A DNA stretch of 64,000 bases from Candidatus Zixiibacteriota bacterium. Its GTDB lineage: Bacteria > Zixibacteria > MSB-5A5 > UBA10806. A program made the position numbers and the translations under genes. Numbering within the stretch: position 1 is the first letter of the stretch; each line of letters opens with the position of its first letter. The notes beneath the pieces were generated by a model, which was not told the origin of the DNA, did not search any database, and saw only the letters and a program-made list of their open reading frames with translations. Location of the stretch: contig CP070742.1 in NCBI GenBank assembly GCA_020348065.1, positions 312,494 to 376,493 of the forward strand, written 5' to 3'. This document shows positions 44,091-53,702 of the stretch, in pieces.

Positions 44091-45224
44091 TTAAATCCCA
44101 ATCTTCTCAATAGACCTCTTCAAATGCTCCTCGGTCTGGTGAGTATAGATCATGGTGGTTTCTATGTCTTTATGTCCCAATATCTTGCCCATTGTAGCCA
44201 CATCCACACCATTCATCTGCATAATGCTATTGAAAGTATGTCTGAGGTTATGAACTCTTGTAAAATCCTCTAGACCTGCAGACTCAGCTACTTTTATCAA
44301 TGCACTCCTCAGTTGATCATTATCCAATTTTTTCCCTGAAATATCCTTGAATATATACCCTTCCTTATCTTTAAAGGATCTTAATAAATCCAAACAGGTT
44401 TCATTTAAATAAAATTCCCGGGCATAGGTCTTGGGCGACCAATCTGGTTTTTCCTGAATTTTTATTAATCCTGCTTCTAAGTCTATATCATTCCACGTTA
44501 AATTACATATCTCACCCGACCGAAGGCCAGAATTCAGAATAAACTTAAAGGCTTTGAAATAAACCAGAATTCGTTTATCCGATTTCGCCATCGATTTAGC
44601 TGTCTTCAAAAAGAGCGCGCATTCTTTTGGCGAAAGTATCTTTGTTTTATTTAAGATCTTTGGTTTGAGTTTTTTGACTTTTTTAGTAGGAATTTTATCA
44701 ATTAATTCATGATTCTGAGCCCAAATAAACGCCGTCCTCAAAACTCCAATCTCATAATTCACTGTCTGAGGTAAGGGTAATTTTTTATTTTTATGATTGC
44801 CATTTTTTACTCCGTCAGCCTCAATTTTTAACTCAATTGATTGGAGCCTTTGTTTTTGATAAGATTCAATATGTTCGGCTTTTATCTGTGAAAGATGTTT
44901 TATGCCTGGATGGAACTTTTTCAGAAACACCAGAAACGTGTTTAAAACAGCTAGATATCTTTTTACAGTATTAGAGGACTTATGCAATCTGACATAATCA
45001 GCGAAATTCTGAAAAAAATCATCTATGCGGATAGACCGAGAAGTAAATCCAAGTTTCTCAATTCTCTTTGATTCTTCCAAAGATTCAACCTGCTTTTTTA
45101 GCTTCCTGGCGTCAACAAGAGTGCCGGCCTTGAGCCATTTATGTCTTCCTTTCAAGGATACAACAACATAAAAGGTCTTTTTGCCGGTCTTATTTTTCTT
45201 GAATTGAATGCTCGCCATTGGCAA
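44091..45224 (-). CDS. int: Tyrosine-type site-specific integrase
   Basis: 377 aa. N-terminal SAM-like domain. Catalytic residues in GLRSGEICNL (Arg), HNLRHTF (His-x-x-Arg) and GHKDIETTMIYTH (His/Tyr). Adjacent to the tRNA-Ser 3' end. Confidence 0.9.
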   Translation of the reverse strand: MPMASIQFKKNKTGKKTFYVVVSLKGRHKWLKAGTLVDARKLKKQVESLEESKRIEKLGFTSRSIRIDDFFQNFADYVRLHKSSNTVKRYLAVLNTFLVFLKKFHPGIKHLSQIKAEHIESYQKQRLQSIELKIEADGVKNGNHKNKKLPLPQTVNYEIGVLRTAFIWAQNHELIDKIPTKKVKKLKPKILNKTKILSPKECALFLKTAKSMAKSDKRILVYFKAFKFILNSGLRSGEICNLTWNDIDLEAGLIKIQEKPDWSPKTYAREFYLNETCLDLLRSFKDKEGYIFKDISGKKLDNDQLRSALIKVAESAGLEDFTRVHNLRHTFNSIMQMNGVDVATMGKILGHKDIETTMIYTHQTEEHLKRSIEKIGI

Positions 45225-45323
45225 AATCCTGTTAGAAAATTATTAGAAATATAGAAAATCGGAGAACCAATTGTCAATAACTATTTTGATTTCAATAGGT
45301 TAATTTGTTAGAAAAAAATAATA

Positions 45324-45412
45324 CGGAGAGGCAGGGATTCGAACCCTGGAGGGGCTTTTGACCCCTACACACTTTCCAGGCGTGCTCCTTCGGCCAGCTC
45401 GGACACCTCTCC
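45324..45412 (-). tRNA. tRNA-Ser, anticodon GGA
   Basis: Hand-folded 89 nt. Acceptor stem GGAGAGG/CCTCTCC. Anticodon stem CACGC/GTGTG with loop CTGGAAA. Long variable arm GGGG..CCCC. T-arm CAGGG-TTCGAAT-CCCTG. CCA is not encoded. Confidence 0.9.
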
Positions 45413-45427
45413 TGTTCGAAAAAACGA

Positions 45428-45456
45428 AACATAATGCCGCCTCATCAATATGTCAA
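45428..45456 (-). promoter_or_regulatory. Sigma-70-like promoter of tRNA-Ser (TTGACA-17 nt-TATGTT)
   Basis: On the minus strand: TTGACA (45456-45451), 17-nt spacer, TATGTT (45433-45428). 15 nt upstream of the mature tRNA 5' end. Confidence 0.5.
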
Positions 45457-45537
45457 GCAACTGATTTTTCTCCTCTTTTAGTAAACGGTGAAATTATGAG
45501 GTTGACTTGGGTACGTCACACAAATACTATATCGACC

Positions 45538-46320
45538 ATGAACAATTTCGAAAGGCTTGTTGAAATAATGGCCAAACTCAGGGGACCCGAAGGATGCCCT
45601 TGGGATAAGGAGCAGGATCATAAATCCCTAAAACCGTATCTGATAGAGGAAGCCTACGAGGTTCTGGAGGCGATTGAAACGGGAAACGACAGCAAATTCG
45701 CCGAGGAACTCGGAGATCTGTTATCGCAAGTTGTTATGCACGCGCAGCTTGCGAAAGAACGAGAGGTTTTTGATATCGATATTGTGGCGAGAAAGATATC
45801 CGAAAAACTAATCGAAAGACATCCCCACGTCTTCGGGAACAAAAAAGGCCTGACATCCAGAGAGGTCCTCCATAATTGGGAAATAATCAAATCGAAGCAG
45901 GCGACAAACAATGACTATTCCATACTTCAGGGTCTTCCAAAATCACTGCCTGCTCTTCTGAAGGCGTTCAGGATTCAGGAAAAAGTCGGCCGATACGGTT
46001 TCGATTGGGACAATATTCTGGACGTGGTCAATAAAGTCAAAGAAGAATTCTCGGAGTTCGAATCAGCCTTAAAAAATAATGAAGATAAGTCGGAATTGGA
46101 GAATGAATTCGGAGATCTTCTTTTCGCTCTGGTTAACCTGGGAAGACATCTCGACCTTCAGGCCGAACAATCGTTAAATACCACGATAACCAAATTCATG
46201 AAGCGGTTTAGATATATTGAAGATAGATTGCGCGGGATGGGAAAAACCGTCTCCGAATCTAATCTCGAAGAGATGGACAGGCTCTGGGATGAATCCAAAA
46301 AAGAGAGCGATCTTCAATAA
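45538..46320 (+). CDS. mazG: Nucleoside triphosphate pyrophosphohydrolase MazG
   Basis: Start set at ATG 45538 (MNNFERLVEIMAKLRGPEGCPWDKEQ), because the track ORF start at 45358 overlaps the tRNA. Two MazG repeats with EEAYEVLEAI and EFGDLLFALVNL motifs. Confidence 0.85.
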   Translation: MNNFERLVEIMAKLRGPEGCPWDKEQDHKSLKPYLIEEAYEVLEAIETGNDSKFAEELGDLLSQVVMHAQLAKEREVFDIDIVARKISEKLIERHPHVFGNKKGLTSREVLHNWEIIKSKQATNNDYSILQGLPKSLPALLKAFRIQEKVGRYGFDWDNILDVVNKVKEEFSEFESALKNNEDKSELENEFGDLLFALVNLGRHLDLQAEQSLNTTITKFMKRFRYIEDRLRGMGKTVSESNLEEMDRLWDESKKESDLQ

Positions 46321-46323
46321 ATC

Positions 46324-46356
46324 AAAAAAAAGCGAGGCCGCAGAAGCCTCGCTTTC
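46324..46356. terminator. Bidirectional rho-independent terminator between convergent mazG and ompA-like genes
   Basis: A-tract (46324-46331), stem agcgaggc/gcctcgct (46331-46338/46346-46353), 7-nt loop, then TTT. Confidence 0.65.
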
Positions 46357-46376
46357 CGTATTCCATTTACCGCTGA

Positions 46377-47888
46377 TTATTCTTGGGTCGATTGTTGTAC
46401 CGGGACTATTTCCACTCGTCTGTTTTTCTGTCTCCCCTCGGACGTGCTGTTATCGCCTATAAAGAATTTCGGATCTTCGCCGTATCCGGCGGATGTCATT
46501 CTGTCGGTGGAAATTCCCTTTTCGAGCAGGTAATCCATGACCGCCTTCGCCCTTTTTTCAGAAAGTTTCTTGTTCCCTCTCGCCGATCCCAGGGCGTCTG
46601 TGTAACCGTTTATTTCTATTTTCAGGCCGGGATATGCTCTCATAGTCTCATACAAATCATCGAGGATAGAGCGTGCTGCCACATCGGGTTTGAAAGATCC
46701 CGGCGAGTATTTTATATTCAACATAATCTTTTCGGTTAACGGTTTCGCTTTTGGACATCCGAATTCGTCCACGGCAACGTCCGCGGGCGTATCCGTGCAC
46801 TTGTCTATGCCGTCGGCGACACCGTCGGCGTCGCCGTCAAGCGCTACGCCGTCGACATCGACAATCGCCCCGGCCGGCGTATCGGCTTCCTTATCCTTGA
46901 AATCAGGCACTCCATCACCATCCGTATCCAAAGGACATCCGCGGGAATCCACCGATACGCCAAGTGGCGTATTGGGGCATTTATCCAAACCGTCGAAAAC
47001 CCCGTCCTTATCGTTATCCAGAGGACATCCAAGATGATCGACAACAGCGCCTTCGGGGGTATTCTCGCAGGCGTCTATTCCATCATATATTCTATCTCCA
47101 TCGCTGTCTTTGGGGCAGCCGTATTCATCCACCAGGGCGCCTAACGGGGTGTCGGGACACTGGTCGAACTTATCCTTGATACCATCCGCATCCGAATCGC
47201 GCGGTCCGCCGAAGAAATAGGTCAGGGCTATGGACGGTTCCAGATAACCGTTGAAAGGACGGCTTTTCGAACTGCTCCAGTCAACGTCATTATAAAATCC
47301 CGCCTCCTCCGAGGAAATGTTGGCCACGCTGTAACTCATTTTGCCCTGCAGGTCTATAAGGAAATCCTCACCCAGCCAGAACCCGATCCCGGCTCCGAAT
47401 CTCAGACCGAGATCCTTGAAATTTTCCTTGTCGCCGTTGTCCTGATTTTCCAGACTCCACATATCCAGGCCCAGGCCCCCCAGCAAAAATGGTTGGACAT
47501 TTCCTTCCGGGTAGAAATAGTATTGCCCCTCGAGTCCAAACCTTATTCCGTTGAGCTTAAAGCCGGCATTATCAGAGTTGAAAAACGCAAAAGATCTGTC
47601 GGATCTCGCCGTGGAATCGTCATAAGTGACGGTATATCCTCCCGTCAGACCCAGCACAAAAGTTTCGCTGAAACCATATTTTATAGCCCCGGATACGTTC
47701 AAGCCCATCATGAACGGTTGGAGAGCGGCGCTTCTATAATCCCTGAACTCCGAGCCTTTTAACAACGGAGCTAAAACCGGTCCGCGCACCTCCACTCCCA
47801 AACGTCTGTCCCATTCCGCGGAAAAGGCCGCGCCGGTCATTATAAATAGTATAAGAACAATCGCCAGAATCCTTAGCTCTTTAGACAA
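46377..47888 (-). CDS. OmpA-family outer-membrane protein with thrombospondin type-3 (Ca-binding) repeats
   Basis: Start chosen at TTG 47888 after AAAGGAGG, giving the signal peptide (M)SKELRILAIVLILFIMTGAAFSA. The track ORF extends to 48014. N-terminal barrel. Repeated DxDxDGxxDxxDxC motifs. C-terminal OmpA domain (NGYTDALGS...NRRVEI). Confidence 0.8.
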   Translation of the reverse strand: MSKELRILAIVLILFIMTGAAFSAEWDRRLGVEVRGPVLAPLLKGSEFRDYRSAALQPFMMGLNVSGAIKYGFSETFVLGLTGGYTVTYDDSTARSDRSFAFFNSDNAGFKLNGIRFGLEGQYYFYPEGNVQPFLLGGLGLDMWSLENQDNGDKENFKDLGLRFGAGIGFWLGEDFLIDLQGKMSYSVANISSEEAGFYNDVDWSSSKSRPFNGYLEPSIALTYFFGGPRDSDADGIKDKFDQCPDTPLGALVDEYGCPKDSDGDRIYDGIDACENTPEGAVVDHLGCPLDNDKDGVFDGLDKCPNTPLGVSVDSRGCPLDTDGDGVPDFKDKEADTPAGAIVDVDGVALDGDADGVADGIDKCTDTPADVAVDEFGCPKAKPLTEKIMLNIKYSPGSFKPDVAARSILDDLYETMRAYPGLKIEINGYTDALGSARGNKKLSEKRAKAVMDYLLEKGISTDRMTSAGYGEDPKFFIGDNSTSEGRQKNRRVEIVPVQQSTQE

Positions 47889-48141
47889 TTTTCCTCCTTT
47901 ATGATACCATTTCATACATTTCCATAAAAACACAGTCATTACCGGCAACCGAACAACTGCCAGAATTCTGTCCTCCGCCAATAAAAAACCTTTCTCCTTC
48001 TTGATATTCGCCATTTTTAACGAGCCAAATTATAGGCCCAGATTCATAAACTGGCAAGATATTTTTACTCTATATTATTTTCGGGAAATGATCAAAATAA
48101 TTTACTAAAATATTATTATTTAACATTCAGGTTATTCGCCA

Positions 48142-49497
48142 TCAATCCAGAGAATTATCGATCTCCGGATAATATCCCGCCGCCGATTTGAGATTCAGCC
48201 TTGCCAACGCCAGCCTGTAAACCGATAAATTCAATCCCATCTCCGCCTCCGCCTTTTCCAATTCCGAATCGAGAAGATCGGAAATACTTAAAAATCCCTC
48301 CCTGTAGCGGGCCTCGGCGATTTCTAATCCTTTCCCGGCCAATTCAAGCCTTTTTTGCGCCAGAACGATTTCATCTTCCGCGGCCGCTATTTGCAATTGT
48401 GACGATTTTATATCGGCCTTAATTCGCAATGCCAGATCCGATCTCAGATTCCCGGCCCGTCTCGATTCATATCTCGCTCTGGCAACCCTGCTACGCCTGC
48501 CGCCGCCGTCAAAAAGGTTCATATTTAAGGATAAGCCGACCGTCCAGAAATCCTTGATCCTGTCGAGATCCGGCTGATAACCGTTTTGCCAATTGTAACT
48601 GGCAGAATAAGATAGGCTTGGGAAAAAGGTCCTTTTATGATATTTTGCGAACTCATCCTGTATCTCAATGGATTTTTCAAGCTTTAATATATCGATATTT
48701 TCACGGATATCTGATTCCGGCGATTCCGGAACCGCCGTTTCGAATAATTTCAGATCCCCTATCGGCATGATCTCTTCAGTCTGCTCCATATTTAATAAAG
48801 CCTTTAAGTCCGCCCGAACGTCTGTATATTCTTCCTCGGATATGTTCAAATCGGACTCATACCTGGATACCAACAGTTCCGCCCTGATACTGTCATAATC
48901 TGACGCCAATCCTTCGGATATCATCGACCTTACAATTTCAAGTTTCTTCCGTGCCCTGGAGACGTTATTCCTTCGAATTGTCAGGTTGTCCCGTGTGAGA
49001 AGGGACTTCAGGAAAATCCTCGCCAATTTATCATACAAAGACCTTTTATATTCTTCTTTTTCAAGCTTCGAAATATCGATACCGAGCTTACCTGCGCGCT
49101 TTAACGCGGATCGTTTTCCAAACGTAAAAAAGTTGTGTGATAGAGTTATTCCAAAATTATACTTGTCTTCGGGAAATAGACCTATTCTCTCGGTCCCGGA
49201 CGTCAGCGGATTAAAAAACTCTATTTCACTTTCCAATGAGGACCTCGAATATGATGAAAATATATCGAGTCTCGGGTTGAAATTCGCCACCGATTCGGAT
49301 ACTCCATATTCGTCGATCTTTATTCGATTTTCCCTTGCCATAAGGCCCGGATCGTCGGTCAGGGCCATCTTCAACGCCTCCTCAAATCTCAACGGAATCG
49401 GATTCTCCTGTGAATTGGCGTTTACAAATACCGCCCCGACAATTACAGCAATCGAAATTAATTTGTTAATATTTATATTGTATTTTCCATAATTCAT
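48142..49497 (-). CDS. TolC-family outer-membrane efflux protein
   Basis: About 450 aa with two repeated halves in a coiled-coil/barrel pattern and a signal peptide after MNYGKYNININKLISIAVIVGAVFVNA. An alternative GTG start lies at 49536. Confidence 0.7.
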   Translation of the reverse strand: MNYGKYNININKLISIAVIVGAVFVNANSQENPIPLRFEEALKMALTDDPGLMARENRIKIDEYGVSESVANFNPRLDIFSSYSRSSLESEIEFFNPLTSGTERIGLFPEDKYNFGITLSHNFFTFGKRSALKRAGKLGIDISKLEKEEYKRSLYDKLARIFLKSLLTRDNLTIRRNNVSRARKKLEIVRSMISEGLASDYDSIRAELLVSRYESDLNISEEEYTDVRADLKALLNMEQTEEIMPIGDLKLFETAVPESPESDIRENIDILKLEKSIEIQDEFAKYHKRTFFPSLSYSASYNWQNGYQPDLDRIKDFWTVGLSLNMNLFDGGGRRSRVARARYESRRAGNLRSDLALRIKADIKSSQLQIAAAEDEIVLAQKRLELAGKGLEIAEARYREGFLSISDLLDSELEKAEAEMGLNLSVYRLALARLNLKSAAGYYPEIDNSLD

Positions 49498-49558
49498 TCC
49501 GCGAACCTTATCTGGAAAGTTATTGAAAATTCTCACCGGGACCTATTGAAAATGGGGT

Positions 49559-50848
49559 TTAATTTTCGACTATTATCGTGCTTTCTCGCGAACTGCCGGT
49601 GGATATAAGCCATACCGGCACGTCAGTTTTAACCGAAATATAATCTATATATCTACGGGCGTTTTTCGGTAATTTATCAAACTTGTTTATACCGACCGTC
49701 GGTTTTCCCCAACCCGCGATTTTCGTCAGCACCGGCCTGGCATTTGCGAAATCGGGATGATTCGGCGGAATCACGTCGGTTTTGTTGCCCTCCAACTCAT
49801 AAGATTCGCAAATAAATAGCTCATCAAACCCGTCAAGAACGTCCAGTTTGGTCACCGCCAGTTTATCGATACCGTTAGCCTTGATGGCTCTTTTTAACGC
49901 CACCATATCGAGCCAGCCGACCCGTCGCGGCCGTCCCGTCACCGAACCGTATTCGCCACCGCTCTCGCGAAGCTCATCGGCCTGTTTACCCTCGATTTCA
50001 GATACAAAGGGCCCATGACCGACACGGGTCATGTAAGCCTTCGTAATACCGATAATCTCGCCCACACAATCGGGCGGAATCCCGAGGCCGGTGAAAAGTC
50101 CGCCGATTGTGGTATGAGACGACGTAACGTAAGGATAGGTGCCCAGATCGACGTCGAGCAGCATCCCCTGCGCCCCCTCAAACAATACTTTTTTTCTGGA
50201 GGATATAAGCTCCATAACCCTGGCGGCAACGTCGGCAACAAACGGCTCATACTGCGAGGCCAGCTCATCGAGCATATTTTTCAGCTGCTCTCTGTCTCTC
50301 AGACTTTCGTCGCCGGCCTTATTAATACACTCCTCGTGCCTTGATAAAACATAATCGATTTTCTCTTCCAGCCGGGTTCCATTGTATAAATCCGCCATAC
50401 GCAAACCGACTCTCGATACCCTGTCGGCATAAGAGGGGCCAATTCCCCTTTTGGTAGTATCTAAAGCCCCTTTTCCGCGGAGCGATTCCTGGTAACCGTC
50501 GGCCACTTTATGTAACGGCAGGACGAGATGAGCCGCAAAATCGATGAACAACCTCCCGTCAACAGTTATGCCTCTTTCGGCCAGTTCTTCAATCTCGGTC
50601 TTCAAGATCCAGGGATCCAGGGCCACGCCGGAGCCGATAAGACAGATCTTACCCTCATGCAACACCCCTGATGGCAGCAGCTTCAGGATATATTTCTGGC
50701 CGTCGACCACGATGGTATGGCCGGCGTTGGCGCCCCCGCTGAATCGCGCCACCGCGTCGCATCTCTCGCTCAAATAATCGATTACCTTACCCTTGCCCTC
50801 GTCGCCCCACTGCAGCCCCAGAACCGCTATGCTATTCGGTCTCATCAT
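49559..50848 (-). CDS. purA: Adenylosuccinate synthetase
   Basis: 429 aa. GLQWGDEGKGK P-loop, GANAGHT and TTKRGIGPSY motifs. Confidence 0.95.
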   Translation of the reverse strand: MMRPNSIAVLGLQWGDEGKGKVIDYLSERCDAVARFSGGANAGHTIVVDGQKYILKLLPSGVLHEGKICLIGSGVALDPWILKTEIEELAERGITVDGRLFIDFAAHLVLPLHKVADGYQESLRGKGALDTTKRGIGPSYADRVSRVGLRMADLYNGTRLEEKIDYVLSRHEECINKAGDESLRDREQLKNMLDELASQYEPFVADVAARVMELISSRKKVLFEGAQGMLLDVDLGTYPYVTSSHTTIGGLFTGLGIPPDCVGEIIGITKAYMTRVGHGPFVSEIEGKQADELRESGGEYGSVTGRPRRVGWLDMVALKRAIKANGIDKLAVTKLDVLDGFDELFICESYELEGNKTDVIPPNHPDFANARPVLTKIAGWGKPTVGINKFDKLPKNARRYIDYISVKTDVPVWLISTGSSRESTIIVEN

Positions 50849-51449
50849 CTATCCTTTCGCCAATCCATCGCCAGATAAGATCGTTCCCCTCACCGGTTTT
50901 CGCAGAATGCAGTATCGGGAAAAGACTATCGCCCGCAAACCCGGACAGGATCTCCATCGTTTTTTTTAAAATCTGCGTCTTTTGCTGCCGACCCAATTTA
51001 TCCGATTTGGTGAGAATTGGACAGGTTTTTTTGCCCAGCGACTGCAGATATTCCATAAGCTGAATATCGTCATCCTGAATCCCCCGCCGGGAATCGATCA
51101 AGAGTAAAAAACCTTTAAGACGTTGTGAATTTTCGAGATAACCTTCGACAAGAGCCTTCCAGCTGTCCCGCGTTTCGTGCGAAACTCTGGCGTAGCCGTA
51201 GCCGGGAAGATCGACAAAGTAGATTTTATCGACATTTTTGTTGTTCATAACGGCGAAATAATTCAAAAGCCGCGTCTTCCCCGGCGTTTTGGAGATCTGC
51301 GCCAGCTTTTTCTGGTTTAAAAGGCTGTTTAATAGCGATGATTTCCCCACGTTGGACCTGCCCCCGAAGGCTATCTCCGGCAAACCGGTTTTGGGCGCCA
51401 GTTTATAACTCGGATATGATGCCAGGTAGCGCGCTTTCGAGTATTTCAT
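50832..51449 (-). CDS. engB: Ribosome-biogenesis GTPase YihA/YsxC (EngB)
   Basis: GRSNVGKSSLLNSL G1 motif, DLPGYGY G3 and TKSDK G4. Start set at ATG 51449 (GGGAG 7 nt upstream, MKYSKARY..). The ORF is open to TTG 51494. Confidence 0.85.
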   Translation of the reverse strand: MKYSKARYLASYPSYKLAPKTGLPEIAFGGRSNVGKSSLLNSLLNQKKLAQISKTPGKTRLLNYFAVMNNKNVDKIYFVDLPGYGYARVSHETRDSWKALVEGYLENSQRLKGFLLLIDSRRGIQDDDIQLMEYLQSLGKKTCPILTKSDKLGRQQKTQILKKTMEILSGFAGDSLFPILHSAKTGEGNDLIWRWIGERIDDETE

Positions 51450-51543
51450 CAAATTCTCCCGCGCCATTATAGGAGTGTTGGATGGATGAAGCAAGGATTG
51501 TTAATATAATTCTATTTTTCGCTAATTAGAATATTAACAGTTA

Positions 51544-51800
51544 CGGCAGGTCGTAGCCCCACCCACGGCGGGGCGTGACCGGACGGTATCGAATAAAAAT
51601 CGGCAGGTCACGTCCTGACTGAAAAGTCAGTGGTAGGTCGGATTTCGAATTTATGAGAAACCCGACAAAATATGAATTTTTGAATAATTTTAAACTTATA
51701 TTAAATTATACGTTATATAAAACTAATCGGGATTCGTTACATAAAAAAGATGTCGGCTTTTTCTCCCCGACTAATAGTCGGGGTTCAGAACCCGACCTAC
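51544..51800. repeat. Cluster of REP-like palindromic units sharing a GGYAGGTC head motif
   Basis: cggcaggtcgtagcccc..ggggcgtgacc (51544-51580). cggcaggtcacgtcctgact-gaaa-agtcag (51601-51630). ggtaggtcggattt..aaacccgac (51632-51666). ccccgact-aat-agtcgggg (51765-51783). On the opposite strand, gtaggtcgggttctgaacccc (51800-51780). Confidence 0.5.
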
Positions 51801-51830
51801 ACAATTATATAGAATATTAAAAACTTTGAT

Positions 51831-53096
51831 TTACGCCGACTTCCGCTTCTTTTCGGCCCTGTAGATCAACTGCGGCGGGGATTTCTTTTCGATAACCTCT
51901 CTGGAAATTATACATCTCTCGATATCTTTTTTCGAGGGGATATCATACATGATATCGATCATCACGTTTTCCACTATGGAGCGAAGCGCCCGCGCGCCGG
52001 TCCCTTTCTTCAAAGCGGCATCGGCTATAGCTTCCAGGGCTGTCTCCTCGAACTCCAGTTCCACCCCCTCGAGCTCGAAGTATTTTTTGTACTGTTTCAC
52101 CAATGCGTTTTTCGGCTCTTTCAGAATTGTTACAAGCGCCTCCTTGTCGAGCTCCTCCAGGGCGCAGACCACCGGCAGCCTGCCTATTATCTCCGGTATC
52201 AAACCGTATCCCAGCAGATCCTCATCCTCGACAAGTTTAAGCAGTTCCGATATCCTTCCGCTCACGGTTTCGGTGTCAGTCCGGAAACCTACCACCTTCC
52301 TGCCCACGCGCCGTGCGATGATCTTCTCCAGGCCGTCAAACGCCCCGCCGCAGATAAACAGTATGTTCTTGGTATTGATCTGTACCAGCGGCTGTTCCGG
52401 ATGTTTCCGTCCGCCCTTGGGCGGCACCGCCGCCACCGTGCCCTCCAGTATCTTCAAAAGCCCCTGCTGCACCCCCTCGCCCGAGACATCGCGGGTTATG
52501 GACGGGTTCGCCGAACGCCTGCTGATCTTATCGAGCTCATCTATATATATGATGCCCCTTTCGGCCTCCTCCACGCTGTAATCGGCGGCCTGCAGCAGCC
52601 TGACCAGAACGTTCTCGACATCCTCCCCCACGTATCCGGCCTCGGTCAATACCGTGGCGTCGGCAATGGTAAACGGGACATGTAACATTTTCGCCAGCGT
52701 CTGGGCTATCAAGGTCTTGCCCGTACCCGTCGGCCCCACCAGCAGTATGTTGGATTTCTCCAGCTCCACCTCGTCCCGGTTGGACGGCGATTGATTTAGA
52801 ATCCGCTTGTAATGATTGTAAACGGCCACGGAGATAACCTTTTTGGCGCGTTCCTGCGCGATAACATATTTGTCGAGAAACCCTTTAATCTCAACGGGTG
52901 GGGGAATATCGAATTCTACAGGCTTCGATGCCTTCTTTTCTTCGGTCAGGGCGTTATGGCACAGATCTACGCATACCTCGCAAATGACAGCGTTGCCGCC
53001 GCCGAACAGCTTGCCCGCCTGACCGGCAGGGCGCCCGCAGAAATCGCATCTGCGTTCGCCGCCGTTATTAGATGTCTTGCCCTTTTTATCCGGCAT
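51831..53096 (-). CDS. clpX: ATP-dependent Clp protease ATP-binding subunit ClpX
   Basis: 421 aa. N-terminal zinc finger [14 protein letters not shown]. Walker A GPTGTGKT. Confidence 0.95.
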   Translation of the reverse strand: MPDKKGKTSNNGGERRCDFCGRPAGQAGKLFGGGNAVICEVCVDLCHNALTEEKKASKPVEFDIPPPVEIKGFLDKYVIAQERAKKVISVAVYNHYKRILNQSPSNRDEVELEKSNILLVGPTGTGKTLIAQTLAKMLHVPFTIADATVLTEAGYVGEDVENVLVRLLQAADYSVEEAERGIIYIDELDKISRRSANPSITRDVSGEGVQQGLLKILEGTVAAVPPKGGRKHPEQPLVQINTKNILFICGGAFDGLEKIIARRVGRKVVGFRTDTETVSGRISELLKLVEDEDLLGYGLIPEIIGRLPVVCALEELDKEALVTILKEPKNALVKQYKKYFELEGVELEFEETALEAIADAALKKGTGARALRSIVENVMIDIMYDIPSKKDIERCIISREVIEKKSPPQLIYRAEKKRKSA

Positions 53097-53689
53097 TACT
53101 TCTTTTTGTCTTTTCTTTCGTAAACCTCATCCACCAGGCCGTACGCCTTGGCTTCCTCCGCGGACATGAAATTGTCCCGGTCGGTATCGGTTACGATTTT
53201 CTCAAGAGGCTGGCCGGTATGGTTGGCAAGTATCTGGTTTATCTGTTCTTTGGTTTTGACAATCTCCTTGGCATGTATTTCGATGTCCGAGGCGGCACCC
53301 TGAAAACCTCCCCAGGGCTGATGGATCATTATCTTGGAATTTCTCAAAGCCGCTCTTTTGCCCTTGGCTCCTCCCGCCAGCAGTACCGCCCCCATGGATG
53401 CCGCCAATCCCACGCAGGTGGTGTTCACGTCAGGCTTGATGAATTGCATGGTATCGTAGATCGCCATGCCCGCGGTGACCGAACCGCCTGGAGAATTTAT
53501 ATAGACGAAAATATCCTTTTCGGGATCCTCCGCCTGCAAAAACAAAAGCTGCGCTATCACCAGGTTGGCGATATTATCGTCAATCGGAGTCCCAACGAAC
53601 ACGATCCTGTCTTTCAGCAACCTGGAATATATATCGTATGCCCGTTCGCCTCTTCCGGTTTGCTCTACAACCATCGGTATTAATGTCAT
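53096..53689 (-). CDS. clpP: ATP-dependent Clp protease proteolytic subunit ClpP
   Basis: 197 aa. [11 protein letters not shown], and [11 protein letters not shown] (catalytic Ser context). The stop overlaps the clpX start by 1 nt. Confidence 0.95.
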   Translation of the reverse strand: MTLIPMVVEQTGRGERAYDIYSRLLKDRIVFVGTPIDDNIANLVIAQLLFLQAEDPEKDIFVYINSPGGSVTAGMAIYDTMQFIKPDVNTTCVGLAASMGAVLLAGGAKGKRAALRNSKIMIHQPWGGFQGAASDIEIHAKEIVKTKEQINQILANHTGQPLEKIVTDTDRDNFMSAEEAKAYGLVDEVYERKDKKK

Positions 53690-53702
53690 TTAATTTCCCT
53701 CT

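Larger units (their letters stand above)
40511..45323 (-). mobile_element. Integrative genomic island at tRNA-Ser(GGA)
   Basis: A tyrosine integrase abuts the tRNA 3' end. An 18/20 direct repeat marks the far end. By eye the interval is much more AT-rich than both flanks. It contains truncated or interrupted genes. Confidence 0.7.

Noticed and set aside
45358-45537. 5' extension of the mazG ORF
   Set aside because: It runs across the tRNA-Ser gene and its promoter. The conserved MazG N-terminus starts at ATG 45538.
53072-53683. 203-aa plus-strand ORF
   Set aside because: It lies antisense to clpP, which is unambiguous.
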